A DNA stretch of 32,000 nt from Candidatus Thorarchaeota archaeon (GTDB lineage Archaea; Asgardarchaeota; Thorarchaeia; Thorarchaeales; Thorarchaeaceae). Each line of letters opens with the position of its first letter. The stretch's first letter is position 1. The notes beneath the pieces are model-generated. The model saw nothing but the letters and a program-made list of their open reading frames with translations. It had not been told where the DNA came from and did not search any database. The stretch is taken from positions 300,001 to 332,000 of the forward strand of contig SHMX01000001.1 of assembly GCA_008080745.1 (NCBI GenBank). The letters run 5' to 3'. Positions 18,307 through 27,879 of the stretch are shown here, in pieces. The position numbers and the translations under genes are program-made.

Positions 18307-20520
18307 TTAGGTTCGCTTGTATACCCAACGGCTCCAAGAACCGAGATTGGGTAGCTCTTCAGGCATACCTTTGCGTGCTCTAATTTCAAGCACCTTAGGT
18401 TCCTGCATGTTGGATGGTAGAGGTTCGAATCCTCTGAATTCGTATCCAAAGAAGCTTCTACCTGCTGTTGCACTTCGGAACTCGTCTGCAATACCAATGG
18501 TTTCTGCAGTTGGAAGTGTTCCCTTTACCGTGACAGTGTCCTCTTCACCTTCGATAGTGAGAATCTGTCCTCGATGCCCAGTTAGTACTTTGATTACTTG
18601 ACCTTGGGTATCTGTTGGAGTCTTAATATCAGCATTAAGCACAGGCTCGTAGAGCTGTGGTCTAGCTGTAAGGAAGGACAGATTGAGTCCAGCACTTGTC
18701 ATGGTTGCAACTTCGTTGTAACCGGTATGAGCAGGATCACTGTGAACAGTTGCATCAGTCAACACTACTTTTACACCCATAATAGGTTCGTGGGCAAGAG
18801 GTCCTTCATCAATAAACTCGCGGAAGGTGGTCTCAAGATAAGAGTAGATTCTATCGAATCGCTGTACACCACTCATTGCATCAACAAGCATGCACGATTC
18901 ATAAATATCAAGAATCTTACGTGCCTCTTTTGCGTCCCAACCAGCTTCATCACGAAGGGTGGTAGCTCGCTCTCTCGCATTTTGTTCAGCAGTAATCTTC
19001 TTCTTCTTAATCAGCTCGACAGTTTTCTCATCTAATGGTTCTATGTATAGCCTTAGACGGTTATGACCGTTGGGAGACTTGGTATGGAATTCATCTCCGC
19101 GCTCATGAATTTTCTCACGATAGACAATAATGGGTTCAGATACGTTAATCTTCACCTGTTCATTAATTCGTTTTGTGAGAATTTCAATCTGAAGTGGATC
19201 AATACCATCTAGCCGATATTCACCAGACTCTTTGTCATGTACAAATCGTGCAGTGGGATCAGCCATAATCCATTTGGATACGACCTCACCAAGTTTTGCA
19301 ATATCCTGTGGGTCCACAGGTTTGATACTTCGACTGACAACAGGTTCGCTAACATATTCAATCTGTTCAAAGCCCTTCATCTCAGAGTCCGGGTCTGTGA
19401 AAGATTCACCAGAGGGACACATGAAACCAAAGATTGAGAACAAGTTACCAGCAGGTACTTCCTCCATGTCAAGAATATCTGTGATTTCTTGAACTCCAAG
19501 TCTACGGACTCGAGCGTTTTGTCGCATTCCAATAAGTCGAATCTCCTGTCCGGAACGAAGAGTACCTGAAAATATTCTCCCAATAAGTGTCGGACGTTTG
19601 CTCTTGGGGTCAACGAAGATCTTGGTAATCATTCCAAGAAGTGGACCATCCCGATCACACTCTAACAATGCCTTCCCTTCAGGACTCTCAAGATCACCGG
19701 TCCAAATTCGAGGAATCTTGTATTTTTGTGCTTCTTTAGGATTCGGCAGATGATGAACAATCATCTCTAAGAGTGCTTCATCCAATGGGAGGTTTTCACG
19801 TAACCAGCGTTCATCGCCCTCATCGTATTTCTCAAAGACAACTAGAGGTTTTATCTCTCTCTTTTCAAGAGTCTTCATAGTGAAGGCCCAGCCAGTCTTA
19901 GCACTACCTATGGCTACAGTGCCTTCTTGGAAACTTACACGCCAATCAGAAGTAAATTCTGGAGGTGCAACTTTCTTGATGAGTTCATTAACCTTAGCAA
20001 TGATAATGTCAATTCTTTCGTATACCTTCTTTGGTGGTAGCTTGAGCTCGTTGATTAGTCTGTCCACTTTGTTAATGAAAAGGACTGGTTTACAAGCTTC
20101 TCCACCCACAGCCAGACGAATATTGGTTTCGGTCTGAGTCATAACACCTTCAAGTGCATCAACTAGAATGACTGCTCCATCACTAGCACGAAGTGCACGA
20201 GAGACCTCACCAGTGAAAGAAAGGTGTCCTGGGGTATCCGATAGCTGTACTAGATACTCTTCATTATCCACTTCGAAGTTGAGAAGAACTACACTTGTGA
20301 AGATGGTAATACCTCTCTCTTGTTCTTCCTCATCACTATCGGTCATTAATGCCTGTCCAGCTGCAGCATCACTCATGAGACCTGCTCGGCGCATAAGATA
20401 GTCCGATGTTGTGGTCTTTCCATGATCAATATGTGCACTGATTGATACGATTCTTTTATGTGAGTAATCGTCTGATTTGATTAGTCTTTTAATAGCGTCA
20501 GGGTCCTTGATTTTGACCAT
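18307..20520 (-). CDS. fusA: Translation elongation factor 2, divergent (probable aEF-2 paralog)
   Basis: AHIDHGKT, ERGITI, DTPGH and NKVD motifs; 737 aa. Diphthamide loop reads DPAHTG. Confidence 0.92.
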   Translation of the reverse strand: MVKIKDPDAIKRLIKSDDYSHKRIVSISAHIDHGKTTTSDYLMRRAGLMSDAAAGQALMTDSDEEEQERGITIFTSVVLLNFEVDNEEYLVQLSDTPGHLSFTGEVSRALRASDGAVILVDALEGVMTQTETNIRLAVGGEACKPVLFINKVDRLINELKLPPKKVYERIDIIIAKVNELIKKVAPPEFTSDWRVSFQEGTVAIGSAKTGWAFTMKTLEKREIKPLVVFEKYDEGDERWLRENLPLDEALLEMIVHHLPNPKEAQKYKIPRIWTGDLESPEGKALLECDRDGPLLGMITKIFVDPKSKRPTLIGRIFSGTLRSGQEIRLIGMRQNARVRRLGVQEITDILDMEEVPAGNLFSIFGFMCPSGESFTDPDSEMKGFEQIEYVSEPVVSRSIKPVDPQDIAKLGEVVSKWIMADPTARFVHDKESGEYRLDGIDPLQIEILTKRINEQVKINVSEPIIVYREKIHERGDEFHTKSPNGHNRLRLYIEPLDEKTVELIKKKKITAEQNARERATTLRDEAGWDAKEARKILDIYESCMLVDAMSGVQRFDRIYSYLETTFREFIDEGPLAHEPIMGVKVVLTDATVHSDPAHTGYNEVATMTSAGLNLSFLTARPQLYEPVLNADIKTPTDTQGQVIKVLTGHRGQILTIEGEEDTVTVKGTLPTAETIGIADEFRSATAGRSFFGYEFRGFEPLPSNMQEPKVLEIRARKGMPEELPNLGSWSRWVYKRT

Positions 20521-20755
20521 CGATTTTCACCCTTAATTATCAATAGCCTGACCCCAACTTGATACAATATAGTTCTCATAAGAACTCGTTGAGGTCACCG
20601 TTTTCTATACCGGTGGCTTGCGCGACAGCCCTTATAGAATCTTAAAAGATTATCGTCATAGGATATAATGTCAAGAAATCGATTGCTTCATCTACAAATC
20701 TATTACAAAGGAAAAATCCATTTCATATTGAAAAGTACCGAAGGTTTCAATAACT

Positions 20756-21427
20756 ATGATTAACGAGTTAATTGGGCCATTGCATTGGGTCTTATTATCA
20801 GGATTACTAGGGATGTTTATTTCAGGCATATTTTCCAAAAAACTTCAGCTTGAAAGAAGGTTTTTTCTTATTCCTTATGTCATAATCATGTCAATATTTC
20901 TATATTCCTTCTTTTCACTGAACAATATCAGTTTCCTAAATCTAATCATTGAAAATTCGATGTATGGAATAATTGTAGGGATAATTGTAGGCGGAATTCT
21001 TGTAAAGACGGTTCAAAATCAACCAATATCTCGAACCAGTACTGGAAACAAACTATTAGGAGAGGTTCTCTGGTTTGGTATAATCTATGGATTTATTGAT
21101 GCACTATTATTGAATGTTATTCCAGTCATCACAATATGGAATGGTTTCGAAATAATGGGATTAACTAGTATATGGTGGGGAATGATTATTGCGTTGGTAA
21201 CTAGTTTTACTGCAAGTATGTTCGTCACTTTCATGTATCATATTGGATATGATGAGTTTCGCAACAAGAGTATTGGTTTCGTTATAATTGGAAACAGCAT
21301 TATCACAATTGCATATATCATAAGTCTAAATCCACTTGGTGCAATACTAAGTCATGTGATCATGCATATCGCTGCAGTATATCAAGGGCCAAAAACAACT
21401 CTTCAATTACCGCCACATCATGAATAA
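20756..21427 (+). CDS. Hypothetical membrane protein (AT-rich gene)
   Basis: Six to seven hydrophobic segments; HVIMHIAA near the C-terminus; ends TTLQLPPHHE. Confidence 0.7.
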   Translation: MINELIGPLHWVLLSGLLGMFISGIFSKKLQLERRFFLIPYVIIMSIFLYSFFSLNNISFLNLIIENSMYGIIVGIIVGGILVKTVQNQPISRTSTGNKLLGEVLWFGIIYGFIDALLLNVIPVITIWNGFEIMGLTSIWWGMIIALVTSFTASMFVTFMYHIGYDEFRNKSIGFVIIGNSIITIAYIISLNPLGAILSHVIMHIAAVYQGPKTTLQLPPHHE

Positions 21428-21442
21428 TATGGTAAATTGATA

Positions 21443-22222
21443 CTATTTCTCAGCGATAACAACCATTCTTTCGCTGGTCGAAGAGTATGGCATTTTTGGT
21501 AGTTTATTCTGTCCATAATATTCTATTCGCGAGAATCCTATGGCCTCAAGCATTGTTCGAATTTCAAGAGCGGTATACATTCGGATATCATTGTTAGACA
21601 TAGCATCTTGATTCATGAGTATAATGCGAGATTTCTCGGAATCGATATAGATTGCAGGTCGTCCCTTAAGTACTCCAGATGGTGCATCCAATGCATGGGG
21701 TTCACTTAGAAGATATCCTTCGTCAACCTTGGACCAAGTCTTCTGAAAACGTGGGAGGTTATATGGATTCATCAAGTCCAGTATTAGACGTCCTCCATCA
21801 ACCAGTGCATTGAACGAGCCCTCAAGGACACGTAAGTTTTCCTCATGATCGAAGAAACCAAAACTATGACTGAGGATAACAGCACCTGTGAATCTTTTGA
21901 CAAAATTAATTTCTCGCATGTCCCCTCGGAAGAGGTTCACATTGACTCCTGCCTCAATGGCTTTCTCATCTGCGACACTGATGAGAGTTTGGGATAAATC
22001 AAAACCAGATACCTCAAATCCGCGTTGAGCAAACTCGATTGCATGGTCACCTGCTCCGCAGGCAATATCCAATATTTCATCGCCTTTCTCTAATTTGAGC
22101 GTCTCAATACAGAAATCAACAATGAGGCTGTCATATTGCTGAATACCCGGAATTGTCTGACGATGCTTGACTCGGAATAGTTCAGCCCAAAATTCATCCC
22201 AGCCTTTTTCAACGTTTTCCAT
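21443..22222 (-). CDS. Class I SAM-dependent methyltransferase
   Basis: Motif I ILDIACGAGDH, GFDLS, GDMR, SFGFF. Confidence 0.9.
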   Translation of the reverse strand: MENVEKGWDEFWAELFRVKHRQTIPGIQQYDSLIVDFCIETLKLEKGDEILDIACGAGDHAIEFAQRGFEVSGFDLSQTLISVADEKAIEAGVNVNLFRGDMREINFVKRFTGAVILSHSFGFFDHEENLRVLEGSFNALVDGGRLILDLMNPYNLPRFQKTWSKVDEGYLLSEPHALDAPSGVLKGRPAIYIDSEKSRIILMNQDAMSNNDIRMYTALEIRTMLEAIGFSRIEYYGQNKLPKMPYSSTSERMVVIAEK

Positions 22223-22420
22223 ATCTCATTCTTCCAACAAAAATAGGTCATTTGTAAGATATGAAGCTTGTTGTAGAGAATACTCTTAGCGTTATATTAT
22301 TGAAATTTCGAAGACCATGTATTGGGTCTATTCGAAATTAGGTTAAAAGAGAACAAATGTTATGCATGATAGAGAACCTCTCATAAATCAGAGAGGTCAA
22401 AGTAATGCAAGGGGAAAAAA

Positions 22421-22783
22421 ATGAGCCAAAAAATTCAAGATCTAACAGAAATCTTGCGAGGTTTGGAACAAGGTTCTGACGTCATGGGATCTGCTCTTGT
22501 CACGGACAAGGGACAATTGATCTGTGCTTCACTACACTCTGATGTTGATGAGAGAGCTGTTGCCGCTATGGGTGCAGCCATGCTCTCAATCGGAACACGT
22601 GTTGGAAAAGTCCTAAATTCAGGTGAAATGGAATCCATCGAGATAGATGGAGAGGATAGCTTGGTTATCGTCCGCCATATTGGTAAAACTATTCTAATTG
22701 CTACCGCACCACCTGATGCTAAAGTAGGTCTCATTGATTTTGAGATCGACAAAGCACAAGAAGAAATAGAGAACCTTCTCTAA
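22421..22783 (+). CDS. Roadblock/LC7 (MglB-like) domain protein
   Basis: 120 aa; SALVTDKGQLICASL...AAMGAAMLSIG pattern is typical of roadblock domains. Confidence 0.88.
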   Translation: MSQKIQDLTEILRGLEQGSDVMGSALVTDKGQLICASLHSDVDERAVAAMGAAMLSIGTRVGKVLNSGEMESIEIDGEDSLVIVRHIGKTILIATAPPDAKVGLIDFEIDKAQEEIENLL

Positions 22784-22795
22784 CTATACAATACT

Positions 22796-22821
22796 GTCTT
22801 GAGGATAAATATCCTCAAGAC
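22796..22821 (+). terminator. Perfect 12-bp inverted repeat followed by T-tract
   Basis: GTCTTGAGGATA-AA-TATCCTCAAGAC, 12 nt after the roadblock stop, followed by TTTTTATTTTATTTTTTT. Confidence 0.7.
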
Positions 22822-23118
22822 TCTGACTGTTTTTATTTTATTTTTTTACTATAATAAGAAGAATGTGGAGATATCCGCATTAAGTCATGCTAGTCTGGCC
22901 GCCGGGAGGGAAGGACAGATTCAAGCGTTAAGAGAAATATAAGCCAATAATGCGGACTAAATTCTCCGAGAGGTCATAGAAAAAGATACCTATAAATCTA
23001 TAGGTTTTCTACAAAAAGACGGAAGTTGTTCAAAAAAAGAAAGATGGCGTTATTTTTGGAGGTGTCAATATCTAATAGATAGAAGAAGTAATGTGTAGTA
23101 GAAGAGAGAAGAACAAGT

Positions 23119-23228
23119 TGGTAGCCCCGCCAGGACTCGAACCTGGGTCAAGGGGAGATCCTATCGAAGAGCACTGGAAGCTCAACGGTTCCAGAACCCC
23201 TCATGATGGACCGCTACACCACGGGGCT
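23119..23228 (-). tRNA. tRNA-Gln(CUG) with 34-nt intron at 37/38 (23157-23190) and encoded CCA
   Basis: Acceptor stem AGCCCCG/CGGGGCT (A1-U72), anticodon stem AGGGG/CCCCT, T-arm CCAGG-TTCGAGT-CCTGG. Bulge-helix-bulge forms with TTCT pairing AGGA. Mature length 76 nt. Confidence 0.95.
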
Positions 23229-23404
23229 ATACATTTGTTGTTAAGCAGATAGATGTCGTCTAATAGATATATTGATAGATATCCACTGTTCATCGAGCAG
23301 GACATTAGGTTTGTTTAATTACCTTTTCGGTGAGTTTGATCAATTTTTCGAGACAGATGTAATTATTAATATGATACAAAGAATCAATTCTTCGTGAGAT
23401 AGCT

Positions 23405-24142
23405 ATGCCAATCTGGACAGAATTGACCCATCCAAAGTTTATCGATGCATCCAATCGAACTGAGGTTGTGGTCATGATCACAGGAGCGCTAGAAGCTCAT
23501 GGAAAGCATCTTCCGCTCGGAACAGACACTATTCTACCCAAATACCTTGCTGAAGAGATAGCTGGAAAAACAAAAGCATTGATCCTGCCACCAATACCAT
23601 ATGGAGATAGCTGGTCTTTCGATCCATTTGCGGGAACTGTTTCAGTATTACCGGAAACACTAGTTCATCTGTATCATGATGTGATGAAATCGGTATTCAA
23701 TCATGGCTTCAGATTTATTATAGCACTAAATGGACATGGTCCAAATTCAGCTTTATTACAGCAAGCTGCGAAGAAGGCGACCAACAAAGGAGAGCATGCG
23801 GTCATTATTGTCAACTGGTGGTTGGACCTTGCAAAGAGTGCAAGAAAAATCGTTCTCACTACACCAGAGGGGCATGCGGCTGAAGATGAAACTTCGGAGA
23901 TGTTGTTTGTAAGACCCGAGCTTGTAGATGAGGCTAACATGGTAGCAGGGAGAGTTGAAACAAAGTACAGAATCGTTTCAGCTCGATACCGAGAAGATCT
24001 TCTTCCCAATGCAATCTATGGAAACCCATTAGATGCTAGTGAAGACAAGGGTCGAATAATCATGGAACAAGCAGTAGAGGAACTCATTGAATTGGTTCAA
24101 AGCTTGGAACGAGGAAAGCTCCCTTTGATTGAAAATGAATAG
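23405..24142 (+). CDS. Creatininase/creatinine amidohydrolase family protein
   Basis: EAHGKHLPLGTD, NGHGPN and HAAEDETS motifs. Confidence 0.9.
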   Translation: MPIWTELTHPKFIDASNRTEVVVMITGALEAHGKHLPLGTDTILPKYLAEEIAGKTKALILPPIPYGDSWSFDPFAGTVSVLPETLVHLYHDVMKSVFNHGFRFIIALNGHGPNSALLQQAAKKATNKGEHAVIIVNWWLDLAKSARKIVLTTPEGHAAEDETSEMLFVRPELVDEANMVAGRVETKYRIVSARYREDLLPNAIYGNPLDASEDKGRIIMEQAVEELIELVQSLERGKLPLIENE

Positions 24143-24144
24143 TT

Positions 24145-24993
24145 CTAGATTCCAATCTTGAATATCAACGCATCACGCAAAAGACGTTGAAACATCTTGA
24201 GCAAGTTCTTGCCTTCTGTAGCAATAGTGGGAAATACAGGTAAACCTTCCAAATCTAACATTCGCACCATATAATCGATGGGCAAAGCGTTTGGAAGGTC
24301 TCGTTTGTTCAATGCTACGACAATTGGCATAGTTGCTAATCTATCAGTCCCTAAAGCAATCCGTAGTTCCTGAATCGAAGCAAGATTCTCGTTCATCTGT
24401 TCTGGTTGACTATCAGCCATGAATATTAGACCATCAACATCTCGCAAGACAGTAATTCGACTTTGAGCGTGTCGTCTCTGACCAGCTACCGTAAAGACAT
24501 CAAATACGATTTTCTCGTTGGCTGCGATGGGTACGAAATCAAAGAAGGTAGTTCGTCCTAGCTCATCAGCAATCTCAACTATTTTCCCCTTCGACAATGA
24601 ACGAACATTGGCAAAGAGCCAACGTAATGCAGTTGTCTTTCCGGATAATGATGGACCGTAAAACACGATTTTGATGTGTACTCGGCCCTGACCATCACGT
24701 CGAATTGACCTCCCCGGTACTATCTCTTCTACGCGTTGTCGAGAGATTTTTGCTCTTTCAGCTAGTTCTGTGGTGATTTCTTGATCAATCAGCATTCCTT
24801 TTTGGGAGGCAACAAGGGTCCCATTCGGAGGGGGAGTGGGATTTACAGATTTCACTGATTCAGTCGTTTCCAGTGATTTGGTTTCAGTAGTCTCTCCGGA
24901 GGAAATATCAGAGGTATCCAGTTCATTCTCCTCTTCGGGTTTTCCTCTCAGACGGGAGATCAATCTTTTTAATCGGGACAAGCCTCTCTCCAT
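24145..24993 (-). CDS. MglA-like small GTPase with ~105-aa N-terminal extension
   Basis: KIVFYGPSLSGKTT, RTTFFDF, TVAGQ, DGLIFMADSQ, NKRDL, ATEG. Confidence 0.88.
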   Translation of the reverse strand: MERGLSRLKRLISRLRGKPEEENELDTSDISSGETTETKSLETTESVKSVNPTPPPNGTLVASQKGMLIDQEITTELAERAKISRQRVEEIVPGRSIRRDGQGRVHIKIVFYGPSLSGKTTALRWLFANVRSLSKGKIVEIADELGRTTFFDFVPIAANEKIVFDVFTVAGQRRHAQSRITVLRDVDGLIFMADSQPEQMNENLASIQELRIALGTDRLATMPIVVALNKRDLPNALPIDYMVRMLDLEGLPVFPTIATEGKNLLKMFQRLLRDALIFKIGI

Positions 24994-25092
24994 TCGTCAC
25001 AGTACTAATGACAGACTTAAACTTTGGGGGGGCCTCTTTTTCTCCACAACCGTTCAGTGAACTTTATCAGATACAGAGTAGAAAGCAAAAAT

Positions 25093-26217
25093 ATGCCAGG
25101 AATTATCGAGAAAGATGTCATTGCTTCACAGTTTCCAACATTGAATGATATGACCTATTTGAATAATGCATCAACTGGAATACCTCCAAGAAAAACAATA
25201 GAAAGCATCAAGCAGTATTTGGATAACAAGGAACGAGCTATAGGAAACTTTCAAGAAACGCTCAAAGCTTTCAAAAATATTCGGGAGCTCCTGGCAGAGT
25301 TATTAGGAGGACATTACAAACAGTACGGGCTTGTTCCTAACACTTCAGAAGGAATAAACGCATTTGGGCACGGAATTACCTATTCTGATAATGCAAACAT
25401 TGTAATCTGCGACCTCGAGTTTCCTGCAAATTATATTCCCTGGCAGAATATTGCAGAGTTGTACAACATTGAACTTCGTGTTGTCAAATCCGTAAAAGGA
25501 CAGGTTCCAATCGAGAGTTTTGCTGAGAGTATTGATAAGCATACCAAAGTGGTTTCTGTCAGCCAAGTTCAATTCGCTTCCGGATTTAAAACGAACCTCT
25601 CCAAATTGGCAAAAATAGCTCACGAGAATGAAGCATTCTTTGTGACAGATATCATTCAAGCAGCAGGATGTGTTGAAACAGACCTGAATGCCGCAGACGT
25701 AGATTTTGCAGCAGCCCAAGCTGCTAAATGGTTGATTGGACCAATCGGAGCGGGATTTGTGTATATTAAAGAAGAGTTAATCGAACAGATAAGACCGAGA
25801 TATCTGGGTTGGTGGGGTGTGCAGGATTTCTGGGAGTTTGAGTATCAGGAGCGAAAACTGATGCCAGACGCAACACGATTCATTGTAGGTTCGCCTGCTA
25901 TGACTGCTTATGTAGGGTTCCAAGAATCGTTGAAGGTTCTTTTAGACATTCCCGGAGAAAAACGTGAAAAAGCAGCAATAGCAACAGCAGATTATCTTCG
26001 AAAAAGGCTACAGGAAGAGAATATACCCTATTACGATTTCCCAGTAGAAAATCAATCTGCCATAGTATCATGCGCACCACCAGAGGCTGACGATCTGCAA
26101 ATGGCACTACACAAGGAGAATATCCATTGCTCAGTGAGAAATGGTAGGCTTAGAGTTTCACCACATTTCTATAACACGTATGAGGACATAGACAGACTAA
26201 TGGAAAAAATCAGGTGA
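25093..26217 (+). CDS. Class V PLP-dependent aminotransferase-fold enzyme
   Basis: YLNNAS, DLEFPAN, DIIQAAG, PLP lysine in AAKWLIGP, LRVSPHFYN. Confidence 0.88.
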   Translation: MPGIIEKDVIASQFPTLNDMTYLNNASTGIPPRKTIESIKQYLDNKERAIGNFQETLKAFKNIRELLAELLGGHYKQYGLVPNTSEGINAFGHGITYSDNANIVICDLEFPANYIPWQNIAELYNIELRVVKSVKGQVPIESFAESIDKHTKVVSVSQVQFASGFKTNLSKLAKIAHENEAFFVTDIIQAAGCVETDLNAADVDFAAAQAAKWLIGPIGAGFVYIKEELIEQIRPRYLGWWGVQDFWEFEYQERKLMPDATRFIVGSPAMTAYVGFQESLKVLLDIPGEKREKAAIATADYLRKRLQEENIPYYDFPVENQSAIVSCAPPEADDLQMALHKENIHCSVRNGRLRVSPHFYNTYEDIDRLMEKIR

Positions 26218-26903
26218 TAGATATGTTTGATGTGATAGACCAAAAAATATACTTTAGAGTTGCTAACACTTTTGATTCCAATATCGGACTCATTATTGAA
26301 GACGGACATATAGTTTTAGTTGATTCAGGGACAGGAATGAATCATAACCAATTGGTGCGTGATCTGAAGACACTCAACCTCGATGTATCAGACATAACAG
26401 ATATTCTACTGACTCATTCACATATTGACCACATTGGAGGTATTCTTCCCATTATGGATGAGACCGACGTTACCATTCACCTGCACAAAGCTGAAGCTGA
26501 AAAAATAAATGCAGGAAACACTAGCTGTACGCTCTCTCAGAATTTCGGTCATGATTTTCCCCCAATCACTATAGAGAGTATATTGGATGAGGGTTCAGTT
26601 CTTGAGTTTGGTGACACACGGCTGAAAATATATCATACACCTGGACATTCTCTTGGTTCAGTCTGCATCAAAGTAGAAGATACACCCATATTGTTTACAG
26701 GAGACACCATGTTCCCCGGTGGCAGCTTTGGAAGAGTAGATTTTCCTGGCGGTGATAAAAGGAAGATAGTAGAATCTTTGAAGAGAATCTCTTCTATGGA
26801 TTTCGATATTGCGTTACCTGGGCACATGAACGCAGTAAAAAGCAATGGAAAGAAATCTGCAATTTCATCATACCAGATGGCAAAATCATGGTTTAAGGTG
26901 TAG
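26214..26903 (+). CDS. MBL-fold metallo-hydrolase (glyoxalase II-like)
   Basis: THSHIDHIGG, HTPGHS, FTGDT, LPGH. Confidence 0.9.
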   Translation: MIDMFDVIDQKIYFRVANTFDSNIGLIIEDGHIVLVDSGTGMNHNQLVRDLKTLNLDVSDITDILLTHSHIDHIGGILPIMDETDVTIHLHKAEAEKINAGNTSCTLSQNFGHDFPPITIESILDEGSVLEFGDTRLKIYHTPGHSLGSVCIKVEDTPILFTGDTMFPGGSFGRVDFPGGDKRKIVESLKRISSMDFDIALPGHMNAVKSNGKKSAISSYQMAKSWFKV

Positions 26904-27879
26904 AGATTGATTTCATGAGCTTATCTATGTCAAGAGATGATTCTTCGCGATAATCAGATTCAGCAATACATTTTGCCTCAAGTGCTTTTACAAGAGCATA
27001 AACTGTTTCACTCGCAGGTGTGGGAATTCCAAGCTCTTTTGCATAATTGATAATTTTCCCTGTTATAGAGTCAATCTCAGTTAGTTTTCCCGCTCGAATA
27101 TCTTGAAGCATCGAGTTGATATTGCTGCTGGTTGCTTTAGCAGTACCAAGGGCATATCTAACGGGATCTTCAGTAGTAAGATTGATACCCAGGGCCTCTA
27201 CAACAAGTACGGCTTCCTCCACCAATTGAACTATCAGACCTCTGAGGTCTTGATTTTCATATACTTCACCATTCGTAAGACCCGTAAGCGCGCCGATAGG
27301 ATTTATCCCACAGTTGACCAATGTCTTAGTCCATACAACACCCTCAATGTTATCTGACACCTTAACATCAAAACCTGCAGAACGCAACATTTCAGAGATT
27401 ATCGGGATGAATCCATAATTGGATGGAAAATGAGAGCCAATTTCAGTTAATCCAGTCCCAGTCACTTTTACTTTTCCGGGTCCGGTTCTAATAGCACCCA
27501 TACAGGTTGTACCACGAATCACTCTTTTTGTATCTAAGCTTTCAGCAATTTCTTTTTCGGTACCAATACCATTTTGGAGAACCATAACATATGCACCACG
27601 CTCAACAAGATGACTAACTCGTTTTGCAGCGGTAACGGTATCATAGGTCTTGGTTGTGATGAGGACAAGGTCTGCGTCTTCTATACTGCTCGGATCTGTG
27701 GTAGTATCGGGATATACTACATGTGTGCCCATTACCCCAGTTATTTTCAAACCGTGAGAAGCAATAGCATCAATATGGGGTTTTCTGCCAACAAGAGTTA
27801 CATTGTGTTCGCTATTCAGTGTTAGAAATCCACCATATAGACTTCCTATGGCACCCGACCCCATTACAACAATTTTCAC
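26893..27879 (-). CDS. panE: 2-dehydropantoate 2-reductase
   Basis: GSGAIG Rossmann motif, TTKTYD, LQNGIG, WTKTLVN, NSMLQD, TEID. Confidence 0.93.
   Translation of the reverse strand: MKIVVMGSGAIGSLYGGFLTLNSEHNVTLVGRKPHIDAIASHGLKITGVMGTHVVYPDTTTDPSSIEDADLVLITTKTYDTVTAAKRVSHLVERGAYVMVLQNGIGTEKEIAESLDTKRVIRGTTCMGAIRTGPGKVKVTGTGLTEIGSHFPSNYGFIPIISEMLRSAGFDVKVSDNIEGVVWTKTLVNCGINPIGALTGLTNGEVYENQDLRGLIVQLVEEAVLVVEALGINLTTEDPVRYALGTAKATSSNINSMLQDIRAGKLTEIDSITGKIINYAKELGIPTPASETVYALVKALEAKCIAESDYREESSLDIDKLMKSISTP

Noticed and set aside
22874-22956. SECIS element or tRNA 3' fragment (att site)
   Set aside because: No UGAN/NGAN quartet on either strand, and no match to the adjacent tRNA-Gln 3' end or a TTCGA T-loop.
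25093-26217. Cysteine desulfurase (IscS/SufS)
   Set aside because: The catalytic Cys loop (SACxS or RxGxHCA) is absent, so it is kept as a generic class V PLP enzyme.
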